The position numbers and the translations under genes were made by a program. A stretch of DNA of 64,000 bases from an uncultured Desulfobacteraceae bacterium (lineage in GTDB: Bacteria > Desulfobacterota > Desulfobacteria > Desulfobacterales > UBA2174). The stretch spans positions 320 through 64,319 of the forward strand of contig CALJLV010000189.1 in assembly GCA_937982505.1 (NCBI GenBank), read 5' to 3'. This document shows positions 44,052 to 53,220 of the stretch, piece after piece. Position 1 is the stretch's first letter, and the number at the start of each line of letters is the position of its first letter. The notes under the pieces are model-generated. The model saw only the letters and a list, made by a program, of their open reading frames with translations. It was not told the DNA's origin and ran no database searches.

Positions 44052-45834
44052 GAGCGCCCAGGGACCGGATCTTTTCCATCAGCGCCTCAGACTCGGTGTC
44101 TCTGGCCTCCAGGGCGCGCCGATACCACTCCAGGGCCTTTTCCCTCCGGCCCAGCTTCCAGTAGGTGTCGCCCAAATGCTCCATGATCACCGGGTCCTCG
44201 GGGGCCAGGCGGACAGCCTCCTGGAGAAGGGCCAGGGCCTCCGGGTACTGCCCGCGCTTGTAGTAGACCCATCCCAGACTGTCGGTGATGTAGCCGTCCT
44301 GGGGCTTCTGCTCCAGGGCACGCCGGATCAGGGCTTCGGCCGCATCGAGCTCGATGCCCATCTCCGCGTAGGTATAGCCCAGATAATTGAGCGCATTGGC
44401 ATGCTTGGGATCCAGCGCGATGACCTGCTGCATCTGGACGATGCTGTCGCTCCTGCGCTGCCATTTGTCGTAGACGATCCCCAGGCGAAAGTGGAGCTTG
44501 ACGTGCTTCGGCGCCAGATCCAGGCCCTGGCGCAAGGCCTTTTCGGCCGCGGGAAAATCTTCCAGCGCCTCGAGGAAGGTCCCCAGGTAGAGGTAGAATT
44601 CCGGGTTTTGAGGCCGCCCGCGAATCGCCTCGCGCATGAACGCGACCGCCTCGGCAGTGCGTTCGGTCCTCTGGAAAAGATAGCCCGCATGGACCACGGC
44701 ATCATCGAAAAAGGGGGAATCGGGTCCCACCCGCCGGAAGTGCCCGATGGCCTCGTCGAAGCGTTCGAGCCGGTCGTGGACGACCCCGGCCAGATAGTGG
44801 AGATCTGCGCTGTCGGGCACGGCCCGGCACATCCCGTCGAGGAGAATGCGGGCCTGGTGCGGATCGCTCTCCTCGTTCAGGTAGAAGGTGACCAGAGCCT
44901 GCACCACCGCCTCGTCCTGGCGGCTGAGACGGGCGAAACGCGCCAACAGCCGCTCGGCCTGCGCCAGATCGCCCCGGCGGTGGTGCCAGAGAGCCAGGGC
45001 CAGGCCCGCGCGAACGTTGTGGGGGTTGTCTTCCAGCAGACGCTGATACTCGACGGCGGCTTCGTCCCGCCGACCCATCTGTTCATAGAGGCGGATCAGC
45101 TCGTAGCGCGGGTCCTCCTGGTCCGGTGCCAGGCTCACCGCGCGCCGGTAGGCGTCCAGGGCCTCGGCAAAGCGCCCCAGGGCTTCGTAGGTCCCGGCCA
45201 GCAGGAAATGCCCGATGAAGGCATCGGGAAAGCGGCGCACATAGGTCTCGAAGACGGCCAGGGCCGCCGCAAAGTCTTCTTCCTCGTAGTACAAACGGCC
45301 CAGGAGCAGGTGGATGTCGCTCTGGTCCGGGTCGAGGGCCACGACCCGTTCATAGGCCGAACGCGCCGACCCCTGGTCGCCGCTGCGCTGGTGCAGACGG
45401 CCCATCAGGATCCAGGCGTCCACGTCCCGGGGATGGCGGTCGAGAAAGGCGCTCAACATTTCCACGGCGGTCTGGGTATCGCCCCGGCGCATGTGAACCA
45501 TGGCCAGTTCCCGATGCAGAAAGGAAGATTCCGGATCACAGGTCAGGGCCTCCTGGAGCAGGTCCGCGGCCCGCTGCCAGCGGCCACCTTTCTCCTCGAA
45601 CTGGGCCGTCAGGTAGTACAGGTACAGATCCCGGCAAGGGCCTGACACTTCCGCGGTCCGTCCCGCCTCTCCGGCGGCGGGCGGCGGGGGTGCGGCGGCG
45701 CATCCCAGCACCAGCACGAGCGCCAGCACCAGTCCCCCGGTCCACGCGCCGCCGGTGCGGGCCGCCGCGGGCCCCCGGGGGGGGGCCGGGGCCAGAGGGT
45801 CAGTCGCCGAGATCATTTTCCGTGTAGGCGGCAA
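44041..45834 (-). CDS. TPR-repeat lipoprotein
   Basis: Lipobox LVLVLGC followed by more than 12 TPR-like repeats (..AL.YLG.Y...G....A...). The start is uncertain because it overlaps the rpoH 3' end. Confidence 0.75.
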   Translation of the reverse strand: MPPTRKMISATDPLAPAPPRGPAAARTGGAWTGGLVLALVLVLGCAAAPPPPAAGEAGRTAEVSGPCRDLYLYYLTAQFEEKGGRWQRAADLLQEALTCDPESSFLHRELAMVHMRRGDTQTAVEMLSAFLDRHPRDVDAWILMGRLHQRSGDQGSARSAYERVVALDPDQSDIHLLLGRLYYEEEDFAAALAVFETYVRRFPDAFIGHFLLAGTYEALGRFAEALDAYRRAVSLAPDQEDPRYELIRLYEQMGRRDEAAVEYQRLLEDNPHNVRAGLALALWHHRRGDLAQAERLLARFARLSRQDEAVVQALVTFYLNEESDPHQARILLDGMCRAVPDSADLHYLAGVVHDRLERFDEAIGHFRRVGPDSPFFDDAVVHAGYLFQRTERTAEAVAFMREAIRGRPQNPEFYLYLGTFLEALEDFPAAEKALRQGLDLAPKHVKLHFRLGIVYDKWQRRSDSIVQMQQVIALDPKHANALNYLGYTYAEMGIELDAAEALIRRALEQKPQDGYITDSLGWVYYKRGQYPEALALLQEAVRLAPEDPVIMEHLGDTYWKLGRREKALEWYRRALEARDTESEALMEKIRSLGAHDP

Positions 45835-46759
45835 AGTCCGGAATCTCCTGTTTGAAATAGGCCCGCATCTTGCGGATGATGTTTTTTTCCACCTGGCGCA
45901 CCCGTTCCCGCGAGATGCCGTAGCGGTCTCCGATCTCCTGCAAGGTGGCCGGGCTGTCCGAGAAGATGCGCAGGTCGAAGATCTCCATTTCGCGTTCGGT
46001 CATCGATTCGCGAAAGGCGGCGATCTTGTGGTGGAGCATGGACTCCATCTGCTTGTCGGCCACTTCGTCTTCCACCGAAACGGCGTCCGTGGAAACGAAC
46101 TCGATCCGTTCGGTGTCCGAATCGTCCTTGAGGGGGGCATCCAGGGACAGGTCCCAGCCGTCCAGACGCTGGTCCATGTCGATGATTTCCCGCTCCGAGA
46201 CTCCCAGACGCTGGCTGAGCAGCTTGGGTTTGGGATCGAAGCCCTGGTCGATGAGCCGCTGTTTTTCCTTTTTGAGCTTGAAGAAAAGCTTGCGCTGCCC
46301 CTGGGTGGTGCCGATCTTGACCAGGCGCCAGTTGTCCATGATGAACTTGAGGATGTAGGCCTTGATCCAGAACGAGGCGTAGTAGGAGAACTTGACGTTC
46401 TTGTGCGGATCGAACTTCTTGACCGCCTGCATCAGGCCGATGTTGCCCTCCTGGATCAGATCGAGGAGATTCTGCATCCAGACGCGCTGGAACTCCAGGG
46501 CGATCTTGACCACCAGGCGCAGGTTGGCCGTCACCAGCACCATGGCCGCATCCGGGTCGTTCTCGTCGCGCACCCGCCGGCCCAGTTCCTGCTCCTCTTC
46601 CCGGGTCAGCAGCCGGTAGCGGCTGATTTCGGCCAGATACCGCTGCAGCGGATCGTACTTGACCAGGGCCCCGATCCCCGCGCGGGCCTCGGATCGCTTC
46701 TCGGGTTCGGCTTCGAAATCCTTCTCGTCGTCTTCTTTTCGATCGATATCGTCCATCAT
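45800..46759 (-). CDS. rpoH: RNA polymerase sigma-32 (heat-shock sigma factor)
   Basis: Sigma-70 regions 2-4 plus the RpoH box TTQGQRKLFFKLKK. Region 2 NLRLVVKIALEF, region 4 TLQEIGDRYGISRERVRQVE. Confidence 0.85.
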   Translation of the reverse strand: MMDDIDRKEDDEKDFEAEPEKRSEARAGIGALVKYDPLQRYLAEISRYRLLTREEEQELGRRVRDENDPDAAMVLVTANLRLVVKIALEFQRVWMQNLLDLIQEGNIGLMQAVKKFDPHKNVKFSYYASFWIKAYILKFIMDNWRLVKIGTTQGQRKLFFKLKKEKQRLIDQGFDPKPKLLSQRLGVSEREIIDMDQRLDGWDLSLDAPLKDDSDTERIEFVSTDAVSVEDEVADKQMESMLHHKIAAFRESMTEREMEIFDLRIFSDSPATLQEIGDRYGISRERVRQVEKNIIRKMRAYFKQEIPDFAAYTENDLGD

Positions 46760-46882
46760 CTCTCAAGCCAGGGCCTAAACCGTGGCGGAATCGGCCCGCA
46801 ACCGACCGCCGGCGCACTCAGGGGTCGGCCCTTGCGCTCGGTCGCAGGCTTGTGATAACCAGGATGCCTCTTGCGGTAGCAC

Positions 46883-46959
<77 letters not shown>

Positions 46960-47013
46960 CCCTTTCACCACGCCGACAACAATCGGGAATAAATATCACA
47001 CTGGCTTTTTTTT

Positions 47014-49188
47014 TCAATCCATGGGGGCGATCCGCGCCACAAAGTCGGCGATGGTGCGGTAGACCCGCTCGGCCCCCGGCCCCAGCAGGATCCCGTGGCG
47101 CTGGAAGTGGAGGAGGACAAATTCGCGGTCCGCAGCACCCAGTCGGTTGAAAAGGCGCCAGGTGCCCTTGTAGTCCACCACCGGATCCCCGAGGGACTGG
47201 ACCACCAGGGAGGGGATCCGCACCGCGGCCAGCCGATCCTCCAGGCCGTCCATCAGCCGCGACAGTTCGCGAACCCCCCGGATGGGGTTGCGGTGGTAGT
47301 TGATCTGCGGGTTTTCGGGCCGGTTTTCCACGAAGACTTTTTTGGCGGCCCCCAGGTGCACCCGGTCGAGCAGCTTGTTCCAGATGTCCACGGCCGGCGC
47401 CAGGCGGCTGGCGAATTCCTGCAGGGAAAAGGGCGGACAGACGGCAAAGACCCCGGCCAGAGGCACCGCCCGGCTGGCCAGATCCAGGGCCAGGCCCGCG
47501 CCGGTGGAAAAACCGCCCGCCACTACGGCGGTGCAGGAATTGGCCAGCAGGGCGTACCCCTCGTCCACCGAGGTGACCCAGTCGGCAAAGCGCCGACGGG
47601 CCAGATCCTCCGGCGCGGTGCCGTGCCCCTGGAGACGCGGGGCGTAGACCCAGTATCCCCGGGCGGCCAGATCCTCCACCAGGCCGGCCACTTCCAGGGG
47701 CGCGGCCATGTAGCCGTGGATCACCAGGATCCCGACCCGGCGCCGGGAGGAGCGCTTTAGAATCGGTCGGCCCACTCCTTCGGGGCTGCGATCCGCGATG
47801 TGGGCAAAGCGCTGCCAGTCCTGCAGGTAGCCGAATTCGGCGGCGCGCTCCAGGCGGCGTCCGATTTCATGGCGCAGCCGGGCCGCGGGCATGCGCGCCA
47901 CGCCCCCCAGGGCGCCCAGGAGTTCCTCCAGCGGTTCGATTTCGTTGAAGATGACCGCCACCGGGGCATCGATGCGGGCCCGGTGAAAGGGCGGCTGTTC
48001 CTTTTCCTGGCCGGTTTTCACCAGCAGGCCGTCCTCCTGGCGGCGCACCACGCCGCTGGCCTCGGCCATCTCGATGAAGTCGGCCGCCGTCCGGAAGCGG
48101 TCGTCGGTGAGCAGGTGGACCTGGTTTTCCGTCAGGCGCCGGTGGCGGTGCAGGCCGAGCTTTTCGAAATCCAGGGTCGCCGCCAGAAAGACCCGCCGCC
48201 GCAGCTCGCCGGAGGGGATGGCCGGTTGGGGGCATAGCCCCAGGATGGCGGCAAACAGATGATCAGGGTTGATGGTGGTCAGGCGGTAGATGGCCGCCAT
48301 GTAGCGTTCCATGATCCGGTGGGCCGTCTTGGCCAGCATGGGCCGCGAGGCGATGGGCTCGTCGAAGTCGATGGGCCGCCGGGCGCTGATGTCCTCTCGC
48401 ACCGCCCGGCTCTTGAGGTAGACGGCCGCACAGATGGGGGCGCCGAAACGGATGTCCATGTCCACCCCGGAAAGCAGCATGGCGCCTTCGGTCATGATCT
48501 CTTCAACCAGCCGCTCGGGGATATCGTCCACCAGAAGCCGGGCCATCTGGCTCAGGGCGTTTTGCCTGGATCGCAACGGGTAATAGGTCACGTTGACCGG
48601 AACGATCCAGGTGCTCTGGCGCAAAACCGCCCCGGGATCCGGCAGCGCGTAGAGATCCGCCAGACGGCGCGCCTCTTCGGGCAGCTCGCGGGCCATGACG
48701 GCCATGCGCTGGCGGTAGAATTCGGTGCGCAGGGCCAGGGTGGCCGCCCCGGTGTGGGGCCGGCGGCGGCCGGTTTCATCCACCAGTTCGAAGCGCCCCC
48801 GGGGCCGGTCCGGGGTGAAGATCTTCTTGTTCTTGACCATCCGCCCTTCGGGAAAGATGATCCAGGCCGCCTCGCCGCTGAGCAGAGACCGCACGATGAG
48901 CCGGTCCCGATCCGGGTGGGCGGTGGACACGGCTCCGTTGGCCTGCAGAAAGGCCGCCAGGGCCCCCTTGAACAGATCCGGGGCGGCCAGGGACCAGACC
49001 GGCTTCTGAATCAATTGATAGACGTGGTAGGGCAGCAGCAGGGTTTCGATGCGGGTGAAGTGGTTGACCACGAAGATCATACCGCCCCGGGGAAGGCGAT
49101 CCTCTCCGTAAAGCCGCACCCTGGCCCGTGAAAGCCCCGAGACGGCCTTGATGACCAGGCCGGTGGTGAGGTACGCGGAACGATTCAT
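47014..49188 (-). CDS. Fusion protein: N-terminal PlsC-like acyltransferase, a central unknown region, and a C-terminal alpha/beta-hydrolase (lipase/esterase)
   Basis: N-terminus VNHFTRIETLL (an HX4D-like box with E) and FPEGRM. C-terminus ILVIHGY.. and the nucleophile elbow GFSTGAG. A single uninterrupted 724-aa ORF. Confidence 0.7.
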   Translation of the reverse strand: MNRSAYLTTGLVIKAVSGLSRARVRLYGEDRLPRGGMIFVVNHFTRIETLLLPYHVYQLIQKPVWSLAAPDLFKGALAAFLQANGAVSTAHPDRDRLIVRSLLSGEAAWIIFPEGRMVKNKKIFTPDRPRGRFELVDETGRRRPHTGAATLALRTEFYRQRMAVMARELPEEARRLADLYALPDPGAVLRQSTWIVPVNVTYYPLRSRQNALSQMARLLVDDIPERLVEEIMTEGAMLLSGVDMDIRFGAPICAAVYLKSRAVREDISARRPIDFDEPIASRPMLAKTAHRIMERYMAAIYRLTTINPDHLFAAILGLCPQPAIPSGELRRRVFLAATLDFEKLGLHRHRRLTENQVHLLTDDRFRTAADFIEMAEASGVVRRQEDGLLVKTGQEKEQPPFHRARIDAPVAVIFNEIEPLEELLGALGGVARMPAARLRHEIGRRLERAAEFGYLQDWQRFAHIADRSPEGVGRPILKRSSRRRVGILVIHGYMAAPLEVAGLVEDLAARGYWVYAPRLQGHGTAPEDLARRRFADWVTSVDEGYALLANSCTAVVAGGFSTGAGLALDLASRAVPLAGVFAVCPPFSLQEFASRLAPAVDIWNKLLDRVHLGAAKKVFVENRPENPQINYHRNPIRGVRELSRLMDGLEDRLAAVRIPSLVVQSLGDPVVDYKGTWRLFNRLGAADREFVLLHFQRHGILLGPGAERVYRTIADFVARIAPMD

Positions 49189-49243
49189 GCCATTGACCCT
49201 GCAGGGGGACGGTCGCTTGGGGGGATTTCGCTTTTCTCGGCGG

Positions 49244-49310
49244 TTGACAGACGGCCCCGTCTGTGCGTAATTTACAATTTTTTTAAAAAAAATAAAGGTT
49301 TTTCAAAAAA
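49244..49310 (+). promoter_or_regulatory. Promoter region with TTGACA, an 18-bp perfect palindrome and an unusually AT-rich tract
   Basis: TTGACA at 49244-49249. The palindrome ACAGACGGCCCCGTCTGT at 49247-49264 overlaps it. Candidate -10 boxes are TAATTT at 49268-73 and TACAAT at 49273-78. The run TTTTTTTAAAAAAAA is striking in an otherwise GC-rich genome. Confidence 0.45.
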
Positions 49311-49334
49311 CTTCGCCTGCATCGGAGGCCGCCC

Positions 49335-49760
49335 GTGTACGCCAAGATCTTGATTCTGCGATTTTCCGAGGTGACGTCCAAAAAGCCCATCGTCTGTTTT
49401 CTGGCGCGCGATTACGATCTGACCTTCAACATTCTCAACGCCACGATCCTGCCGCGCCAGGAAGGAATTCTGGTGCTGGAGCTCAGCGGATCGCGCAAGA
49501 ACTTCAAGGAAGGCGTCAAGTACCTCAAGGCCCAGGGCGTCCACGTGCAGTACGCCAGCCAGGAGATCACCCGCGACAGCGCCCGCTGCACCCACTGCGG
49601 GGCCTGCACGGCGGTGTGCCCCACCGAGGCATTGTCCATCGTGCGGCCGGAAATGAAGGTCCATTTCGACGAACAGCGTTGCAGCGTCTGCGAACTGTGC
49701 ATCCCGGCCTGCCCCACGCGGGCCATGGAAGCGCGCCCCGTCCAGCAGAAGTTCTTCTGA
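49335..49760 (+). CDS. NIL-domain protein fused to a 2x[4Fe-4S] ferredoxin domain
   Basis: The N-terminal NIL-like fold (ILRFSEVTSKKPIVCFLARDYDLTFNILNATI..) is followed by CTHCGACTAVCP and CSVCELCIPACP. GGAGG RBS and a GTG start. Confidence 0.8.
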   Translation: MYAKILILRFSEVTSKKPIVCFLARDYDLTFNILNATILPRQEGILVLELSGSRKNFKEGVKYLKAQGVHVQYASQEITRDSARCTHCGACTAVCPTEALSIVRPEMKVHFDEQRCSVCELCIPACPTRAMEARPVQQKFF

Positions 49761-49778
49761 CCGGCCGGCGACCGTTTC

Positions 49779-50840
49779 ATGCCCCCGTTTAAACCGCCTT
49801 TGACCGCCGTGGCCCTCAGCGGCGGGGTGGACTCCGCCGTGGCGGCCCTGCGGCTGCAAGCCGCCGGCACGCCGCTGGTGGCGCTCCATTTTCTCACCGG
49901 CCATGAAGCCGAGGCGGGCCCCGCAACCCCTCTGGCCCGCGCACGCCGGATCTGCCACCGACTGGGGATTGACCTGCAGGTCGTGGACTGCCGCGACGCT
50001 TTCCGTCGGCAGGTGGTGGCGCCCTTCGCCGATGCCTATCGCCGGGGCCTGACGCCCAATCCCTGCGCCCGGTGCAACCCGCTGATCAAATTCGGCCCGG
50101 TGCTGGATCATGCCCTTTCCCTGGGCGCCCGGCGCCTGGCCACCGGCCACTACGCCCGGCGCGTTCGCGATACCCAGGGCCGGGTCCATCTGCTGCGGGG
50201 GGCGGACCCGGTCAAGGATCAATCCTATTTTCTGGCCCGCCTGACACCCGCCCAGCTGCAACGGGCGCTGTTTCCCCTGGGCAACTGGCACAAGCACGAG
50301 GTGGTGCGCGCGGGGCAGGCCGCCGGCCTTGGCGAATTCCAGGGCCGCGAAAGCCAGGACGTCTGTTTCGTGCGCCAGGAAAGCTATGCCGCTTTTCTGT
50401 CGGCCACCGGATGGATCCAGCCGCGCCCGGGCCCCATCGTGGATCTCCAGGGCCGGGTTCTGGGCCGCCATGACGGGCTGCACCGCTTCACCGTGGGCCA
50501 GCGCCGGGGGATCAACTGCCCGGGCCCCCTTCCCTACTACGTGGTGCGCCTGGAACCGGAAGCCGATCGACTCGTGGTCGGGTTTAAATCCGATCTGATG
50601 GCCGCCGGCTGCCGCATCGTCCAGATCAACTGGCTCCAGCCGCCGCCGGCCCCCCGGTTCGCGGTTCAGGTGCGTCTGCGCTACCGCAGCCCGGCCTGCA
50701 CGGCCGGCCTCCAGATGGACGACCGGGGGGCGACCCTGCGTTTTGACCAGCCCCAGATGGCCGTCACCCCCGGCCAGAGCGCCGTGCTCTACCAGGACCA
50801 GGAAGTACTGGGGGCCGGATGGATTGATGCGATACTTTAA
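49779..50840 (+). CDS. mnmA: tRNA-specific 2-thiouridylase MnmA (CxxC-type)
   Basis: PP-loop ALSGGVDSAVAA, TPNPCARCNPLIKF, ATGHYAR, KDQSYFL and QDVCF motifs. Confidence 0.9.
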   Translation: MPPFKPPLTAVALSGGVDSAVAALRLQAAGTPLVALHFLTGHEAEAGPATPLARARRICHRLGIDLQVVDCRDAFRRQVVAPFADAYRRGLTPNPCARCNPLIKFGPVLDHALSLGARRLATGHYARRVRDTQGRVHLLRGADPVKDQSYFLARLTPAQLQRALFPLGNWHKHEVVRAGQAAGLGEFQGRESQDVCFVRQESYAAFLSATGWIQPRPGPIVDLQGRVLGRHDGLHRFTVGQRRGINCPGPLPYYVVRLEPEADRLVVGFKSDLMAAGCRIVQINWLQPPPAPRFAVQVRLRYRSPACTAGLQMDDRGATLRFDQPQMAVTPGQSAVLYQDQEVLGAGWIDAIL

Positions 50841-50858
50841 AAACGGGTTTTATCACCC

Positions 50859-52211
50859 ATGATATCGGATTGTACCACTGACAGCCGAACCGGCAAAAAG
50901 CCCTCCTTCAGCATCACCACCCTGGGCTGCAAGGTCAACCAGTACGAAACCGAAGCCCTGTCCCGGGGCCTGGAAACCGCCGGGTGGCAACGCACGGACC
51001 GCGCCCCGGCCGATCTGGTGATCGTCAATACCTGCACCGTCACAGCCCGGGCGGCCCGCCAGAGCCTGCAAACGGTGCGCCAGGCGCTGCGCCGCCACCC
51101 CGGAGCACGGGTCGTGGTGACCGGCTGTGACGCCCAGATCGATCCCCGGCGCCTGGCGGCCATCCCAGGCGTCCATCTGGTGGTGGGCCACGCCGACAAG
51201 GGGCGGATCCCCGATCTGATAACCGATGAACGTCAGTCCCGCAGCGAGGCGGCCGCCATTGTCGTCCGGCCCCTGGAGCGTGGACTGCCCCTCTCCGCTC
51301 CGCCCGACGGCGTCCATGGCGGGCGCACCCGCCCCTTTCTCAAGATTCAGGACGGCTGCGAGGCCTACTGCACCTACTGCATCGTGCCCTACACCCGGGG
51401 ACCGAGCCGCAGCCTGCCCGTCGACCAGGCCCTGGCGCGCATCGCGGATCTTGGTCGGGCCGGCTACCACGAAGTGGTGCTCACCGGCATCCACCTGGGC
51501 CGCTACGGCCGCGATCTGGCCCCGCCCCAGTCCCTGGCCGCCCTGCTGGGATGCATCGATGCCGCCGCGGCCATCGGCCGGGTGCGCCTGAGCAGTATCG
51601 AACCGCTGGAATTCGAGCCGCAGCTGATGTCGGTGCTGGCCGCTTCGACCCGCATCTGCCCCCATTTCCATATTCCCTTGCAAAGCGGTGACGACGACAT
51701 CCTCAGGCGGATGGGCCGGCCTTACCGCGCGGGCCAGGTGCGCCACCTGGTGGCCGACCTGATCCGCATCCGGCCCCGGACGGCCATCGGCATGGACGTG
51801 CTGGTGGGGTTCCCCGGCGAATCCCGGGAAGCCTTCGCGGCCACCTGCCGTCTCATCGAGGATCTTCCACTGGCCTATCTGCACGTCTTTCCCTTCTCCC
51901 CGCGCACCGGGACCCCGGCGGCCGCCATGCCCGACCAGGTCCCGGCGGCGCTGGTCAAGGCCCGCTGCGCCGTGCTGCGCCGCCTGGGCCGGGACAAGCG
52001 CCGCGCTTTTTACCAGCGTTTCGTGGGACAGCGATTCACGGCTCAGGTGGAAGGCCGCCGGGACCCCTCCAGCGGACGGCTCAAGGCGGTGACCGACAAC
52101 TACCTGCCCGTCTGCCTTCAGGGGTCCGACGCGCTGATGCACCGCCTGGTGCATCTGCGTGTCGACGGGGTGGACGGCCAAGGGCGGATTCGGGGTCGCC
52201 TCATCGATTGA
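50859..52211 (+). CDS. mtaB: tRNA t6A37 methylthiotransferase MtaB (radical SAM MTTase)
   Basis: UPF0004 domain LGCKVNQYE..NTCTVT, radical-SAM box GCEAYCTYCIVPYTRG, and a C-terminal TRAM-like domain. Confidence 0.85.
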   Translation: MISDCTTDSRTGKKPSFSITTLGCKVNQYETEALSRGLETAGWQRTDRAPADLVIVNTCTVTARAARQSLQTVRQALRRHPGARVVVTGCDAQIDPRRLAAIPGVHLVVGHADKGRIPDLITDERQSRSEAAAIVVRPLERGLPLSAPPDGVHGGRTRPFLKIQDGCEAYCTYCIVPYTRGPSRSLPVDQALARIADLGRAGYHEVVLTGIHLGRYGRDLAPPQSLAALLGCIDAAAAIGRVRLSSIEPLEFEPQLMSVLAASTRICPHFHIPLQSGDDDILRRMGRPYRAGQVRHLVADLIRIRPRTAIGMDVLVGFPGESREAFAATCRLIEDLPLAYLHVFPFSPRTGTPAAAMPDQVPAALVKARCAVLRRLGRDKRRAFYQRFVGQRFTAQVEGRRDPSSGRLKAVTDNYLPVCLQGSDALMHRLVHLRVDGVDGQGRIRGRLID

Positions 52212-52336
52212 CACCGCGCGGTGCGGGGCCTATAGTCACTGTTCACCCGATGAAAGCTAAGTCGCGAGAAACACGATAGGATTTAAATTGACTGCATCTA
52301 TTGGGAATAACTACTGATTATTTCCGGTCAGGATCC

Positions 52337-53149
52337 ATGGCCAAGCCAGCCCACTTTCTCATCCGCCCCTCCCCCCACGAGAGCCGGTCATGGATCGATA
52401 TCGGCATTTACCTCCTCCTCATGGCTTCTTTGGCCTGGATTCTGGTCCGCGGCAGCCTGAATCTCGGCTACCACTGGCACTGGTACCGGGTGCCGGCCTA
52501 CCTGGTGGACGCCCGGGGGGCGGCAGCCATCCCCGGACCGCTGCTCAAGGGGCTGGCGGTCACCTTGCAGATATCGGCCCTGAGCCTGGTGCTGGCCTTT
52601 GCCATCGGCCTGGTCACCGCCCTGTTGCGCCTTTCCGCGTCGTTTCTGGGCCAGTGGCTGGCCCGCGCCTATCTCGAAACGGTGCGCAACACCCCGCTGC
52701 TGGTGCAGCTTTTCTTCATCTACTTCGTGGCCGCCCCGGTGCTCGGAATCGAGGCCCTGGCCTCGGCCGTGCTGGCCCTGAGTCTTTTCGAAGGGGCCTA
52801 CGCCTCGGAAATCTTCCGCTCGGGGATTGTCTCCATCCACCGCGGCCAATGGGAGGCGGCGCGCAGTCTGGGGCTGTCCACCTGGCGCATCTACCGCCAC
52901 GTGATCCTTCCTCAGGCCCTGCGCCGCATCCTGCCGCCGCTGACCGGCCAGGGAATCTCCCTGATCAAGGATTCGGCCCTGGTGAGCACCATCGCCATCT
53001 ACGACCTGACCATGCAGGGCCGCGCCATCATCAGCGAAACCTACCTGGTCTTCGAGATCTGGTTCACCGTGGCGGCCATCTACCTGGCCTTGACCTTCAG
53101 CCTGTCGCTGCTGGTGCGGCGCCTGGAAACCTGGATTCGCATCGCCTGA
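52337..53149 (+). CDS. Polar amino acid ABC transporter permease (His/Glu/Gln/Arg family)
   Basis: EAA-loop region GAYASEIFRSGIVSIHRGQWEAARSLGLS and PPLTGQGISLIKDSALVS. ATG at 52337. Confidence 0.85.
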   Translation: MAKPAHFLIRPSPHESRSWIDIGIYLLLMASLAWILVRGSLNLGYHWHWYRVPAYLVDARGAAAIPGPLLKGLAVTLQISALSLVLAFAIGLVTALLRLSASFLGQWLARAYLETVRNTPLLVQLFFIYFVAAPVLGIEALASAVLALSLFEGAYASEIFRSGIVSIHRGQWEAARSLGLSTWRIYRHVILPQALRRILPPLTGQGISLIKDSALVSTIAIYDLTMQGRAIISETYLVFEIWFTVAAIYLALTFSLSLLVRRLETWIRIA

Positions 53150-53220
53150 GCCCCGGCATTCCCGGGCCGGCCGCCGGGGCCGTCGAAAACCGAAACCGAA
53201 ACGCATCAAAGGAGGCTGTC

